From Scenedesmus sp. PABB004 (lineage: Eukaryota), in the NCBI GenBank assembly GCA_014905635.1, contig JABVCE010000051.1, positions 49,498 to 69,497 on the forward strand: a DNA stretch of 20,000 nt, written 5' to 3'. The position numbers were made by a program, and so were the translations under genes. The stretch's first letter is position 1. Every line of letters begins with the position of its first letter. The notes under the pieces are model-generated. The model was given only the letters and a program-made list of their open reading frames with translations, searched no databases and was not told the DNA's origin. Positions 1 to 14,536 of the stretch are shown piece after piece.

Positions 1-2174
1 GAGGTCGTCGTGCGCCGCCGCGCCGCCGCCGCTGACGAGGCGGGCGGCTCCGAGGACAGCTCGGACGAGGCGGAGGAGGAGGAGGAGGAGCAGCAGGCGC
101 GGGAGGAGGTGGACGAGGAGGAGCTGCAGCGGCGCAGGGACGCGCTGCGCGAGCGGTGAGCCGCAGCGCCGGCGCGGCGGCGCGGGCGGCGACAGCGGCG
201 CCGGCGACAGCGGCGCGGGCGCGCGCGCCGCACCCGCCTGGCACTCACGTGCATGCGCGCGCGCGCGCCGCAGGTTGCGGCAGCAGCAGGAGCAGCAGCT
301 GCTGGCGGCGCCGGCGGACGACGAGGACGAGGTGCGGGCAGGGGCAGGCGGGGGAGAGAGGGGCGACGGCGCCAGCACCTGTCGGCTGCCCCCCCCCCCC
401 CAACACACACATACAACACACACGCGCTCCCCCCTCCCCGCCGCTCCCCCCGGTGCGGCAGGGCTCGTCCGAGTACACGACCGACGACGGCAGCGACGAC
501 GACGACGACCGCGCCGCCAAGCTGGTCAAGCCCGTCTTTGTGCGCAAGGCGGAGCGCGACGTGAGCCCGCGGGGGGAGGGGGCGGGCGGGCCGGGGCGAG
601 GCGCAGGGGCCCACACGCGCGGCTGCGCTGCGCCTGCCGTCGCGTGCAGCGCCCACGCGCGCGCGGCGCGCCGCGCGCCGCCGCCGCAGACCATCGCGGA
701 GCGCGAGGCCGCGGAGGCGGCCGAGGAGGCGGCGGAGGAGCTGCGGCGGCAGCGCCTCGAGGAGCGGGCGCAGGAGAGCCGCGCGCTGCTGGTGCAGGCC
801 ATCGCCGCGGACGAGGCGGAGCGCCGCGCCGCGGCGGCGCCCGTCGCGCTCAAGGTGGCGGAGGAGCTCGACACGGGCGACGAGGCGGAGCCGGACGCGA
901 TCGAGGCCTGGCAGCGCCGCGAGGCCGCGCGCATCCGGTGCGGCCGCCGCGCCGCGCTGCTGCTGCCCCGCCCCACCCTCTCAGCCCTCTGCCCCCTCGC
1001 GCGCGCGCTCGGCCGTGCGGGGCCGGCGCCCACGCGCGCGCCGCGCCGTGCCCCGTGCCGCCCCGCTGGCAGGCGCGACGCGACGGAGCGCGAGGCGGCC
1101 GAGGCGGCGGCGGCGGAGCGTGAGAAGCTGCGGGCGATGACCGAGGAGGAGCGCCTGGCCTACCTCGCGGCGCAGCCCAAGGTGGGCGTGTGTTTGTGTG
1201 TGTGTGGGGGGGGGGTGCGGGGGGGGGGGGGGACCTGGCGGCTGGGCGGGCCGCGCCCCGCGCCGCGCGCCGCGCGCCGCGCGCCGCGCGCCGTCCGCCG
1301 CTGACGGCGCCGCCGCCCGCGCGCCCCGATGCGACCCGCCCCGCCCGCCCCGCCCGCCCCTCTCCCCCCCCCCCCCCCACCATCATCAGGAGGGCGGCGG
1401 CAAGCCGGAGAAGGCCAAGTGGCGGTTCATGCAAAAGTACTGGCACCGCGGCGCCTTCTTCCAGGCCGAGGCCGACGACGCGCGCGGCACGGCGGGGCCG
1501 GACGCCATCTACGCCCGCGACTTCAGCGCGCCCACGGGCGAGGACAAGTTTGACAAGGAGGCGCTGCCCGCGGTCATGCAGGCGCGCGCGGCGCGCGGCG
1601 GCGGCGCGGCGCGCGGCAGGGGGGGGGGCACGCGGCGGGGCGGGGCGCTGGCGCGGGGCGGGGCAGCCGCCCGGCGGCGGCGGCGGGGCCGTGCCCCCTG
1701 TGGGGGGCGCGCCGCTCAGTGCGCGCGGCGCGGCGCGTGTCGCGCGCGCAGGTGCGCAACTTTGGGCGCGCGGGGCGCACCAAGTGGAAGCACCTGCTGG
1801 CCGAGGACACGAGCACCGCGCGGCGCGAGGACGACTGGTACCGGTGCGGCGGCGCGGCGCGCGACGCGCGGCTGCGCGGCGCGGCGTGCTGCGCCGGCTG
1901 GCGGCGGCGGGCGGGGCGCCGGCAGTCCGCCGCGGCGCGCGCGCGAGCGCCGCGCGCCCCCCACGCCCGCGCCCACGCTGGCCCCGCCCGCGCCCCGCGC
2001 CGCACCCCGCACAGGCGCGACGAGCGCCTCGCGGGCGCTGTGAGCGGCGGCTACGCGCGCGACACGACCGCGCTGCTGCCCGCCTCGGCCAGCTTTGGCG
2101 CCCCCGGCGGCGCCAAGCGCGGCGGCGCGTCGCTGAGCGAAGGCTTCACCAAGCCCAAAAGGTTCAAGACGTGA
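1..2174 (+). CDS. MFAP1: Microfibrillar-associated protein 1 (spliceosomal B-complex factor, Spp381-like); 5'-truncated by window edge. Exons 1-155, 274-331, 462-560, 690-937, 1073-1181, 1390-1581, 1752-1843, 2015-2174
   Basis: Spliced translation gives MFAP1 hallmarks: acidic N-part, [82 protein letters not shown]. Exon sum 1113 nt is in frame to TGA 2172-2174. Six GT-AG introns and one GC-AG (1582-1751). Confidence 0.93.
1582..1751 (+). other. GC-AG intron (MFAP1), CAG|GCGCGC
   Basis: Restores conserved LPAVMQ|VRNFGR; 170 nt, so retention would shift frame. Confidence 0.88.
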
Positions 2175-2450
2175 CGCCGCGTGCGTGCGCGGGCGGCGGC
2201 GGCGCCAGTTGCGCGCGGGCGGCCGGCCGGCGGCGCGCAGCAGCGGCTGCGCGCGGCTGGCCAGGGCCGGCCGGGCGGGCGGGGTCGCGCGGCGGGGCGT
2301 CGCGCGGCGCTGCGGTAACCGTCCCGGCGACGCCCGCGCGCGCGCGCGCGCGCGCCGCTCGCCCAGCGGCGGGCCGCGCCGCGCCGCCGCTCCCGCGCCG
2401 CTGCCGCTGCCGCTGCCGCGCCGGCGCCGGGGCCCTCGGCCCGAGCTCGC

Positions 2451-6891
<4,441 letters not shown>

Positions 6892-6968
6892 TCAGGAATC
6901 CCCGCCCGCCGCGCCTGCCACGCCACCCGCGCCCCAGCGTCTCGCGCCGCCGCGGAGCATACGCGCCC

Positions 6969-7058
6969 GCACCTGATGCAGCGCAGGAGCCGCGCAGTCA
7001 GGCTCCTGCGCTGCATCAGGTGCCGTGCAGTCAGGCACCTGCGCTGCATCAGGTGCGG
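6969..7058. repeat. Perfect 23-bp inverted repeat overlapping a 33-nt tandem duplication
   Basis: 6969-6991 GCACCTGATGCAGCGCAGGAGCC is the exact reverse complement of 7001-7023 (9-nt loop); 6991-7023 and 7024-7056 match at 31/33 positions. Confidence 0.92.
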
Positions 7059-7123
7059 CTGCGCCGGCCCGTCGGCTGGCGGCGGGCACGCACAGCACGC
7101 ACCGTGGCCTGCCCGGGGCGGCG

Positions 7124-10100
7124 TCAGGGGCGTATGTCGAGGGATGGGAACCAGCTCCACGGCGCGTCGGGCTCGGCCCACCACGTGCGCTGGTGGAGCG
7201 AGAAGGCCTTGAACCACTGGCACCCGTGGTGCGTGCCAAAGTTGGTCCCCACGTTTGCGATGAGCGTGTCGGGCAGGCCGAGGCTCAGGCCGGCGAGGCC
7301 GCCGCGGTCGGCGGCGTGCAGGTGCAGCAGCGGCGCGACAAGCAAGCGCAGGCGGCGCAGGCGGCGCAGCGCCTTGAACCCCGCGAGCTCCGTGTTGGAC
7401 CGGCCGTCCAGCAGCAGGTAGCGCAGGGCGGACAGGTCGGCCAGGCTGCTCACGTCGGCGCCGGGCTCGAGGCTCAGCCCGAGCGCGCGCAGGCGGCGCA
7501 GCCCCGCGACCGCGGCGACGCCGCTGCTGCCGACGCCCGCGTGCGGCGCCTCCTTGGTGATGAGGGTGGCCAGCCCCGGCCACGCGCCCGCGACCGCCCA
7601 CAGCACGCCCGCGCTCGCGCGGCAGTGCAGCAGGCGCAGGTGGAGCAGGTCGGGCGTCGCGGCGCCCATCGCCGCCACGGCGCCGCGGTCGAGCGACACG
7701 CCGGCCAGCGACAGGCTCGCCAGGCGCCGCGGCAGGCCCGACCACAGCGCGCCGCGCGGCGTGTCGGGCGGGCTGGGCTCCGACCCGCCGCCCTCGCTCG
7801 GCGCGTCGGGCTCGTCCGCGAGGCGCAGCGTGAGGTCGCGCAGGCTGGTCAGCGACCCCAGCGCCGCCACGAGCGGGCCGACGTCACCCACGCCCACGGC
7901 GCCGGCGGGGTCGGCCGGCGGCACGTCGAGGCTGAGGCTGGTGATGCCCGTCCAGCTGGCGGCGAGGTGGGCCAGCGCAAACGGCGTCATGCGCAGGCCT
8001 GGCGCCGGCGGCGGCGGCGGCGCGGGGCGGCGGCAGGTGGTGGTGGGCGGGCGCGACCGGCGGTGGTGGGCGGGCGGGCGCCCCGCGCGGCGCTGCGCTC
8101 ACCGCACGGCATGTGCTGCTGCAGGTGGAGGTGGAAGCAGGACAGCTGCTCGAGCGGCGACAGCCGCGTCAGCAGGTCCAGGTCCGGCGGCAGCCCGCCG
8201 CCGTCGCCCGGGCCAAGCGGCCCGAGCGGGCCCAGACCGCCCAGCGCGGCCGCTGCGCCAGCAGCGCCAGCAGCGCCAGCGGCGCCAGCGGCGGGGGCGC
8301 CGGCGGCGGCCGGAGCCGGCAGGCCGGTGAAGCCCCAAAACTCCTGCGGCTGTGCCGACGCGCTGGACAGGCTGTGCGAGCGATGCGGACTGCCCTCGCT
8401 GCTGCTGCCAGCGCGGCTGGCCGCCTGCGACGACGACGCGGCCGCCCCCGCAGCCGCCGGCGGCTGGCCGCGCGGCGGCGCCGCGGGGCCGTGCACGCGG
8501 CGCTGCTGCCCCAGCAGGCAGGGCCCGCTCACAATCAGCGTGCGCAGGCTCGCCAGGTGGGCCACGCCGTCCACAAAGTCGTCCCCGAGCTGCAGGCTGT
8601 CGACGTGCAGGCTCACCAGCGCCGGCCACGCGCCCGCCGCGCTCGCGAGGCGCCCCTCCGACGGCACGCGCCGCGGCGCCGCGCCGTCGCCGCCGTCCGC
8701 GCCGCCGCCGCCGCAGCCGGCGCCGCGGGCCAGGACGCTGAGCCAGCTCGGCGGCAGGCAGGCAAAGGGCCCCGCCGACAGGAACTTGGCGCCGCCGTGC
8801 AGCTCCAGGTGGCTCAGGCTCGCCATGCCCCGCAGCGCGGCGCAGCTGCCCAGCAGCACGAGGTCGCTCTGCAGCACCAGCCGGCGCAGCCGCGCCAGCG
8901 GCAGCAGCACCACGCTCCAGTCGTCGCCGGAGAAGCGCAGCGACGTGGCAGCGCGGCTGCTGCTCGCGCTGCCGCCGCTGCTGAAGCTGGCGCTGCTGCC
9001 GCTGCTGCCGGCGTCGCAGTGCTCCGCGTCGCGCCTCGCGCCCGCCGGCGCGCCCGCCGCGGGCTGGGCCGGGGCCGGCCGCCGGCTGGCGCGGCCGCTG
9101 CTGCTGCTCGCACGCGCGGGGCCGGGCGGCGCTCCGCCCGCCCCCGCCCCCGCCGCGCCGGCCGCGTCCTGCAGCTGCGCCGCGAGCGCGCGCTGCTGCC
9201 GCAGCTCGCGCCGCAGCTCGCGCCGCGCCGCCTGCCGGCTCTGCGCGCTGCCGCCGCCCGCGGCGCCGCCGCCGCCGGCGTGCGCGTGTGCCGCGGCGAT
9301 GCGCTGGAGGTCGTGGTTGCTCGGCACGAGGCAGCCGAGCTCCAGCTCCTGCAGCCGGCTCGCCGACGCGCAGAGGCCGCCGAGCACGCCGAGGCTGACG
9401 TTGAGCTGGCCGTGCAGGTGCAGGTGCGTGAGCCCGCGCAGGCAGCCGAGCGCGGAGAGCCCCTCGTCGCCGAGGCGCACGGTGCCGAGGCGCAGCCGCA
9501 CGAGGCCGCGCAGCGCGCCCGCCGCCGCGAGCGCCGCGTCGCCGAGGCAGATCTCCCCCAGGAAGAGGTGCGCCGCCTTGGCGAGCACGAGCTCGGTCAG
9601 GCCGGTCAGGCCAAAGAGCGGCGCGAGCGCCTCGCCCTCCTGCAGCACCTGCCCCGGCGCCCACAGCGCGGTGTCCCACGCGACCTCCAGCCCCCGCAGG
9701 CCGCCGAGCCACGCGAGCTGCCCCAGGCTCCACGGGTCGCGGCTGAACGTCGCGTCGCGCACCGCGAGGCGCGTGAGCTGCGGCAGCCCGCCCGCGAGGC
9801 CCTCCAGGCACACGCCGCGCCGCTGCAGGCGCACGAGCGGCTCCACGTCCATGCGCGCCTGCACGGGGTCGCACCACCCCGCTGCGTGCGTGAGCGCCAC
9901 GCGCCGCACGCTCGGCAGCGCCGCGCCCGCGCGCCGCAGCGCGCCCTTGGCGCCCTTGGCGCCCAGGAAGCTGCGCGTGCGGGTCGGTCGGGGGGTGGTC
10001 GGGGGTGGGTGTCAGGGGGGTGATCGGGGGGCCGCCGCCGCGGCTGCTCGCGCGCCGCCGCGCTCGCGCGCCGCAGCGCACCGCGTGGGGATGGTCAGCT

Positions 10101-10516
10101 CGTCGACGTACGCGCCCAGCGTGAGGCGCCAGTGGCGGCAGGCCAGGCGCGCGGTCGCGGTGGCGGCCGGGTCCAGGTACACGCGCACGGCGAGCAGCAC
10201 GTCGTCCGGCACGCTCTGCCAGCGACCCGCCGCGTCGTCGCCGCCGCCCGGCGGCGCCCGGCCCGCCTCCGCCTGCGCGGGCGTGCAGGGCGGCGGCCGG
10301 GAGTGGTGCCGGGCGCGCCAGCGCGGGCGCCGCGGCCACGCCGGCGGTGCTGAGGTGGCCCAGGGGCCAGCAGCGGCGGGGGCCGCCAGGCCCCCAGCGC
10401 GCTGCAGGGCCCGTCGGCGCGTGCGGCGCGGCCCGAGCTGCGAGACGCACCTCGTTCTCATCGGGGAAGCCCAGCGCCGCGCCAGCGGCGCAGCAGGGCA
10501 AGCACAGGAAGCGCAT
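7124..10516 (-). CDS. F-box / leucine-rich-repeat (RNI-like) protein, ~999 aa. Exons 10516-10451, 10272-10082, 9970-8103, 7998-7124
   Basis: F-box-like motif WQSVPDDVLLAVRVYLDPAATATARLACRHWR followed by many LxxLxxLxL repeats (LPQLTRLAV, LTGLTELVL, LRGLVRLRL, LRGLTHLHL, LASLRTLIV, LTSLRDLTL, LSALRYLLL) interrupted by Ala/Gly/Ser low-complexity stretches. Three GT-AG introns give 3000 nt in frame. The first exon and start are less certain. Confidence 0.75.
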
Positions 10517-10739
10517 GTCGGCGGCCGGGCGCCCTCGTCACGCCGCCACCGCGCGCGGCCCCTCGGGCCGCGTGTCCGGCATCTGGCGCACCCGTGGCGC
10601 CCGGCGGCACGCAGGCCTGCGTGCACGAGCGTCCTTTCGAGCGCGTCTCTGCGTCGGCTCGCCCTCTGCTCGTCCGTGGCCGCGCGATCCGCTCCCCAAG
10701 CGACGACGTTAATGGTGGCGCGCGCACGGGCATTGTTAC

Positions 10740-13700
10740 TCAGATGATGGCCTCGCAGCCCGCGCCGGCGCCCCAGGTTGCGGGGTCGTCCAGCGTCTGC
10801 ACCAGCGCGCCCAGCAGGCGCGCCGCGGCGTCGCGGGGCGTCGTGGGCGGCAGCACGAGGTACACGACCGCGCCGAGCGGCCGCGCCGCGACGCCGCGCG
10901 CGCGCAGCGCGGCCACGACGTCCGCGGCGGCCGCGCTGCCGCCGGCGTAGCTGCCCGCGCCGCGCAGCTCGACGGCGAGCACCGACCCCAGCGCCACGAC
11001 GCCCGACAGCCGCGGGTGCGTGCTCAGCGCGGCCGCGTCGGCCTCGGCCCACAGCGCCGCCACGCGCCCGCACGGCCCGCCGCACGCGGGCCGCCCCGCC
11101 GCCTCGGCCGCGCAGCGCCCGGGCGCGCCCGGCGCGCAGAGGTTGGGGTTGGTCCCCGCGCCGGCCAGGATTGCGAGGCTGCACGCCGCCGCGGCGCAGC
11201 CGACCGGGTATGCCGTGTACGAGTGCCCGTGCAGCAGCGCGTCGGCCTTGCTGTCCCCCGCAAACGCCGCAAACACGCCGGCGCTTGCGAGCGTGACCGC
11301 GAGCGGCGCCGCGCCGCCCGTGAGCAGCTTTCCGTACACCGCGACGTCCGGCGCGGCGCCGAGCAGCGCGCCGCCGGTCGGCGCGCCGAGGCGCCAGCAG
11401 CCGGTGAAGACCTCGTCATACACCACCGCAAGGCCCCGCGCGCGCGCGACCTGCGGCGGCGCGGCGGCGGCGCGCGGGCGGCGGCGGCGGCGGGCGCGCG
11501 CGTGGCGGCCCGCCCCGGCGCCGCTCGGCGCCGCGCAGGCACAGGCGGAGCGCAGCGCGCGCGCGCGCGCGCGCCGCGCCTTGACGGCGGCCGCCTGGAA
11601 GAGGGGGTCCACCAGCCGCATGCCGCCCGCGCCCTGCAGCACCGGCTCCAGCAGCAGCACGCCCAGCGCCGCGCCGGTCGACGCCTCGTGCGCGGCGGCC
11701 GCGGCGGCGATGTGGCCCTCATACACGCACGCCAGCCGCGACCTGCGCGCGCGCGCCGCACAGGCGCGTCGGCAGCGGCGCGCGTCGGCGCGCGTCCGGC
11801 CAGCCGCCGCGCGCGCGGCCGCCCGCGCGGCCGTCGCACCCGCGGCGCGCCGGGAGGTCGAACACCTCGTCCCTGCTGGCCCAGCTGAGCGCCGCCGCGT
11901 CGCGCCCCGCCGCGCGCTCGGCGTCGGCCAGCCACCCCGGCGTCGCCGCGAGGCGCCACGCGCCGCCCGTGAGCGCGAGGCAGGGCGGGTCCAGGAAGAG
12001 CCCGCGGCCGGTGTACCAGGGGCTCTGCCGGCGCCCGTTGAAGGGGCTGGGGCCGCTGCAGTCCATCGCGCCCAGCGTGTCGCCGTGGTAGCTGCCCCCC
12101 AGGCCCAGCACCTGGCCGCGGCGCGGACCGGCGTGGGCGGCGCGCGGGCGGCGGCCGCGCCCCCACGCCGCGCTGCGCGGCGCAGCGCGGCGGCGCGCGG
12201 CGCGCGCGCCTGCAGCTCGGGGCCGCGCTCGTGCTGCAGCGTGCCGGCGTCGGCGCTGAACTTGCGGAAGGCCATCTTGAGCGCGACCTCGACCGCGGTG
12301 CTGCCGTCGTCGCTGAAAAACGCGCGCGCCGCCCAGCCGGCGCCGAGCGGGCCGGCCAGCAGCGCGCGCGTCAGCTCCAGCCCCGGCGCGTGCGCGGCCT
12401 GGGGCCACATGACGTGCATGTAGCGCCCCGCAGCGCACGACACGGCCCGCACGACCTCGGTCGACAGCGCGGCGCTGCCCGACGTCTGCGTCCACCAGCT
12501 GCTCGCGCCGTCCACCAGCGGCGTCAGCGCCGCGCCCGCCGCGCCCGCCGCCGCCGCCGCCGCCGCCGCCGCCTGCCCCGCCTGCTCCTGCTGCCCCGCC
12601 TGCTGCCGCCCAGCTGCCCGCTGCTCAGTGTACACCAGCCAGCTGTCCCCAGCACGCCCGTCCACCACCGTGACATCGCTGCGCGGGCCGCGGCCGCGGC
12701 CGCGGCGGCGCGGGGGCGTGAGCAGGCGCCCGCGCCGCGCGCGCGCGCAGCCGCCGCGCGGCGCGGCACGCGCACCCGTGCGGCAGCGCCGCGTGCTGCG
12801 TGAAGGGCCACCACACGCTCTCCGCCGCGCCGCGCGCCGCGCCCGCCAGCCACGCGAGGCGGCGCTCGTGGTGGTCGAGCAGCAGGGCAAGCAGCTCATC
12901 AAACTGCGGCGCCGAGGCCTCCAGCCACGCCGCCAGGTGCGCGTCGACGGCGCCGCCCGCCGCGCCCGCGCCGCCGCCGCCGCCGGGCGGCGGCTTGCAC
13001 AGCGGCAGCGCCAGCACCGGCAGCCCCTCGCCCAGCCTGCGGCGGCAGGGCGCGCGCCGGCGCGTGGGCGGGCGCGCCGGCGCAGCGGCTGCCGCCACCG
13101 CGCGCGCCGCCACCGCGCGCACCGGTGCGCGGCGGCGTGGCGCAGGTGGTGCGCCACGGCGGCGATGTTGCTGAGGCGGCCGTCGTCCATGCACACGACC
13201 GCTGCGGGCGGCTGCCCGCGCAGCAGCAGCGACTCGTAAGCGCTGAGCGTGGTGGAGATGCCGCCCAGCGCTGGGTCGCCCACGAGCAGCCCCGGCAGCG
13301 CGAGCGGGCGCAGCAGGTCGCCCTGCGCGGCGGCAGCACCCGGCGGCGGCCGCTGAGCGGCGGCAGGGGCCAGCGCGCTGCAGCGTGCGCGCCTGCCGGC
13401 CTCGGCGCGCGCGCGCCTGCAGCGTGCCCGACGGCCCCGGGCTGGTCACGCCGCCCGCGGTCTCCACGAGCGAGAGGCCGCGGCCGCCGGCGGCGCCGGC
13501 GCGCGGCGCAAGCTCCGCTGCAAACGCGGCCAGCGCGCCCGCCACGGCCGCCACCACCTCGCCGTCGTCCACGCGTCGCCCCTCTGCCGCCGCGGCGAGG
13601 TGGGGCGAGACGGGGTCGGTGAACGCGTGCAGGGTCTCGCTGCGCCGCAGGAACGCGGCCGCCGCGGCGCGGCCCGCGGCCGCCTCCGTCGCCGCGGTCT

Positions 13701-14158
13701 GGCGGCGCCGCGGGCGGCGGCGGGCGGTGGCGGAGGCGCGTGGGCAGCTGTGCAGCTGCCGCCCCGCGCTCTGCGCGCCGCACAGGTGCGCGCGGCCCCC
13801 TCCGCCGCTCACCACGAGGCGCGCGTCTGAGTCGGCCGGGTATCCCGTCTGAACGGGCTTCAGATACTGCACGGGCACCTGCGGGGACGGAGGCGCGCGC
13901 GGGCGGTGAGCAGGGGGGCGGGCGGCGCGGCAAGCGGGGCGGCGCCGCGCCCGCTGCCCGCACCTGGCCCCGCACGGCCGCCGCGACGAGCGCGGCGCTG
14001 ATCAGCGTCTTGCCCACGCCCGTGTTGGCGCCCCAGACGCACACGGCAGCCTGGGAGAGGTCCACGCCGGGCGCGTGCGCCTGGCTCGCGGCGGCGCGGC
14101 GGCCCAGCAGCGCGCCCAGGCGCGCTGGCCGGGCGCGGCGCGCCCAGGTGCGTAGCAT
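10740..14158 (-). CDS. BIO3-BIO1: Bifunctional dethiobiotin synthetase / 7,8-diaminopelargonic acid aminotransferase (BioD-BioA fusion), ~872 aa, probable mitochondrial presequence. Exons 14158-13964, 13878-13813, 13698-13417, 13322-13123, 13036-12776, 12678-12210, 12111-11840, 11742-11580, 11450-10740
   Basis: DTBS part: WGANTGVGKT P-loop, YLKPVQTG, PVSPHLAA, LVETAGGVTSPGPSG, LGGISTTLSAYESL. Aminotransferase part: WWPFTQH, DGASSWWTQ, FFSDDGSTAVEVALKMA, SYHGDTLGAM, LEPVLQGAGGM, YDEVFTG, PLP-lysine motif YGKLLTGG, LHGHSYTAYPVGC. The N-terminus MLRTWARRARPARLGALLGRR is Arg-rich and acid-free. Exon sum 2619 nt is in frame. The acceptor at 13699 is the least certain junction. Confidence 0.95.
11451..11579 (-). 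other. GC-AG intron (BIO3-BIO1), AAG|GCGCGG
   Basis: Restores DPLFQAAAVK|VARARGLAVVYDEVFTG spacing; 129 nt, in frame. Confidence 0.8.
12112..12209 (-). other. GC-AG intron (BIO3-BIO1), CAG|GCGCGC
   Basis: Joins PELQ|VLGLGGSYHGDTLGAM; 98 nt, frame-breaking. Confidence 0.82.
13323..13416 (-). other. GC-AG intron (BIO3-BIO1), CAG|GCGCGC
   Basis: Restores PSGTLQ|GDLLRPL; 94 nt, frame-breaking. Confidence 0.88.
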
Positions 14159-14536
14159 TTGGCTCAGCGCATCGATCGCGCGGTCTCCGGCAGCGTTCTC
14201 GCAGTGTTTCAGGCCGGCCCGCGCTCCGGCAGCAGCGCCGTTGGCAGCGGCGGCGGCGACGCGGCCCGCGCTGGCGAAAGTAGCGTCTCGCCTGGGTGGA
14301 GGAAAGGCCCGTGCGGACGGGCGGCGTGGCGCGGGCGGCCTCTCTGGTGTTGCGCGCCGCGGTCTGGCGCCGGGGTCTGGCGCCCCGCGGCGGCGCTTCA
14401 CCGGCCCGGCGCCGCTCGCCCCGCCAAGGGTGCAACCGCAGACTGATCCACGCTGCATCACCGCACACACACCTAGCACACAGCCGCCGCCGAGCGCGCC
14501 GAGCAGACGACAGCGGCGCGCGCTGTGATCGCCGCC
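14159..14536. promoter_or_regulatory. Candidate bidirectional promoter between BIO3-BIO1 and RCC2-like
   Basis: Head-to-head ATGs separated by only 378 nt; somewhat more A/T than the flanks. No specific element identified. Confidence 0.6.

Noticed and set aside
1573..1581. Upstream GT (GCG|GTCATG) as a canonical donor instead of GC at 1582
   Set aside because: It would delete VMQ from the conserved MFAP1 motif LPxVMQVxNFG and lacks the G+3 seen in nearly all other donors.
6991..7056. 33-nt repeats as a CRISPR array
   Set aside because: Only two abutting copies, no spacers, no cas genes, eukaryotic context.
7025..10747. 1240-aa + strand ORF and the many other long overlapping ORFs
   Set aside because: Antisense shadow of the F-box/LRR gene; stop codons are rare at this GC content and the translations are Arg/Ala/Pro low-complexity.
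10740..14158. BioD-BioA fusion as a novel fusion or horizontal transfer
   Set aside because: The fusion is the established arrangement in plants, green algae and many fungi; the gene is intron-rich with host-like codon use.
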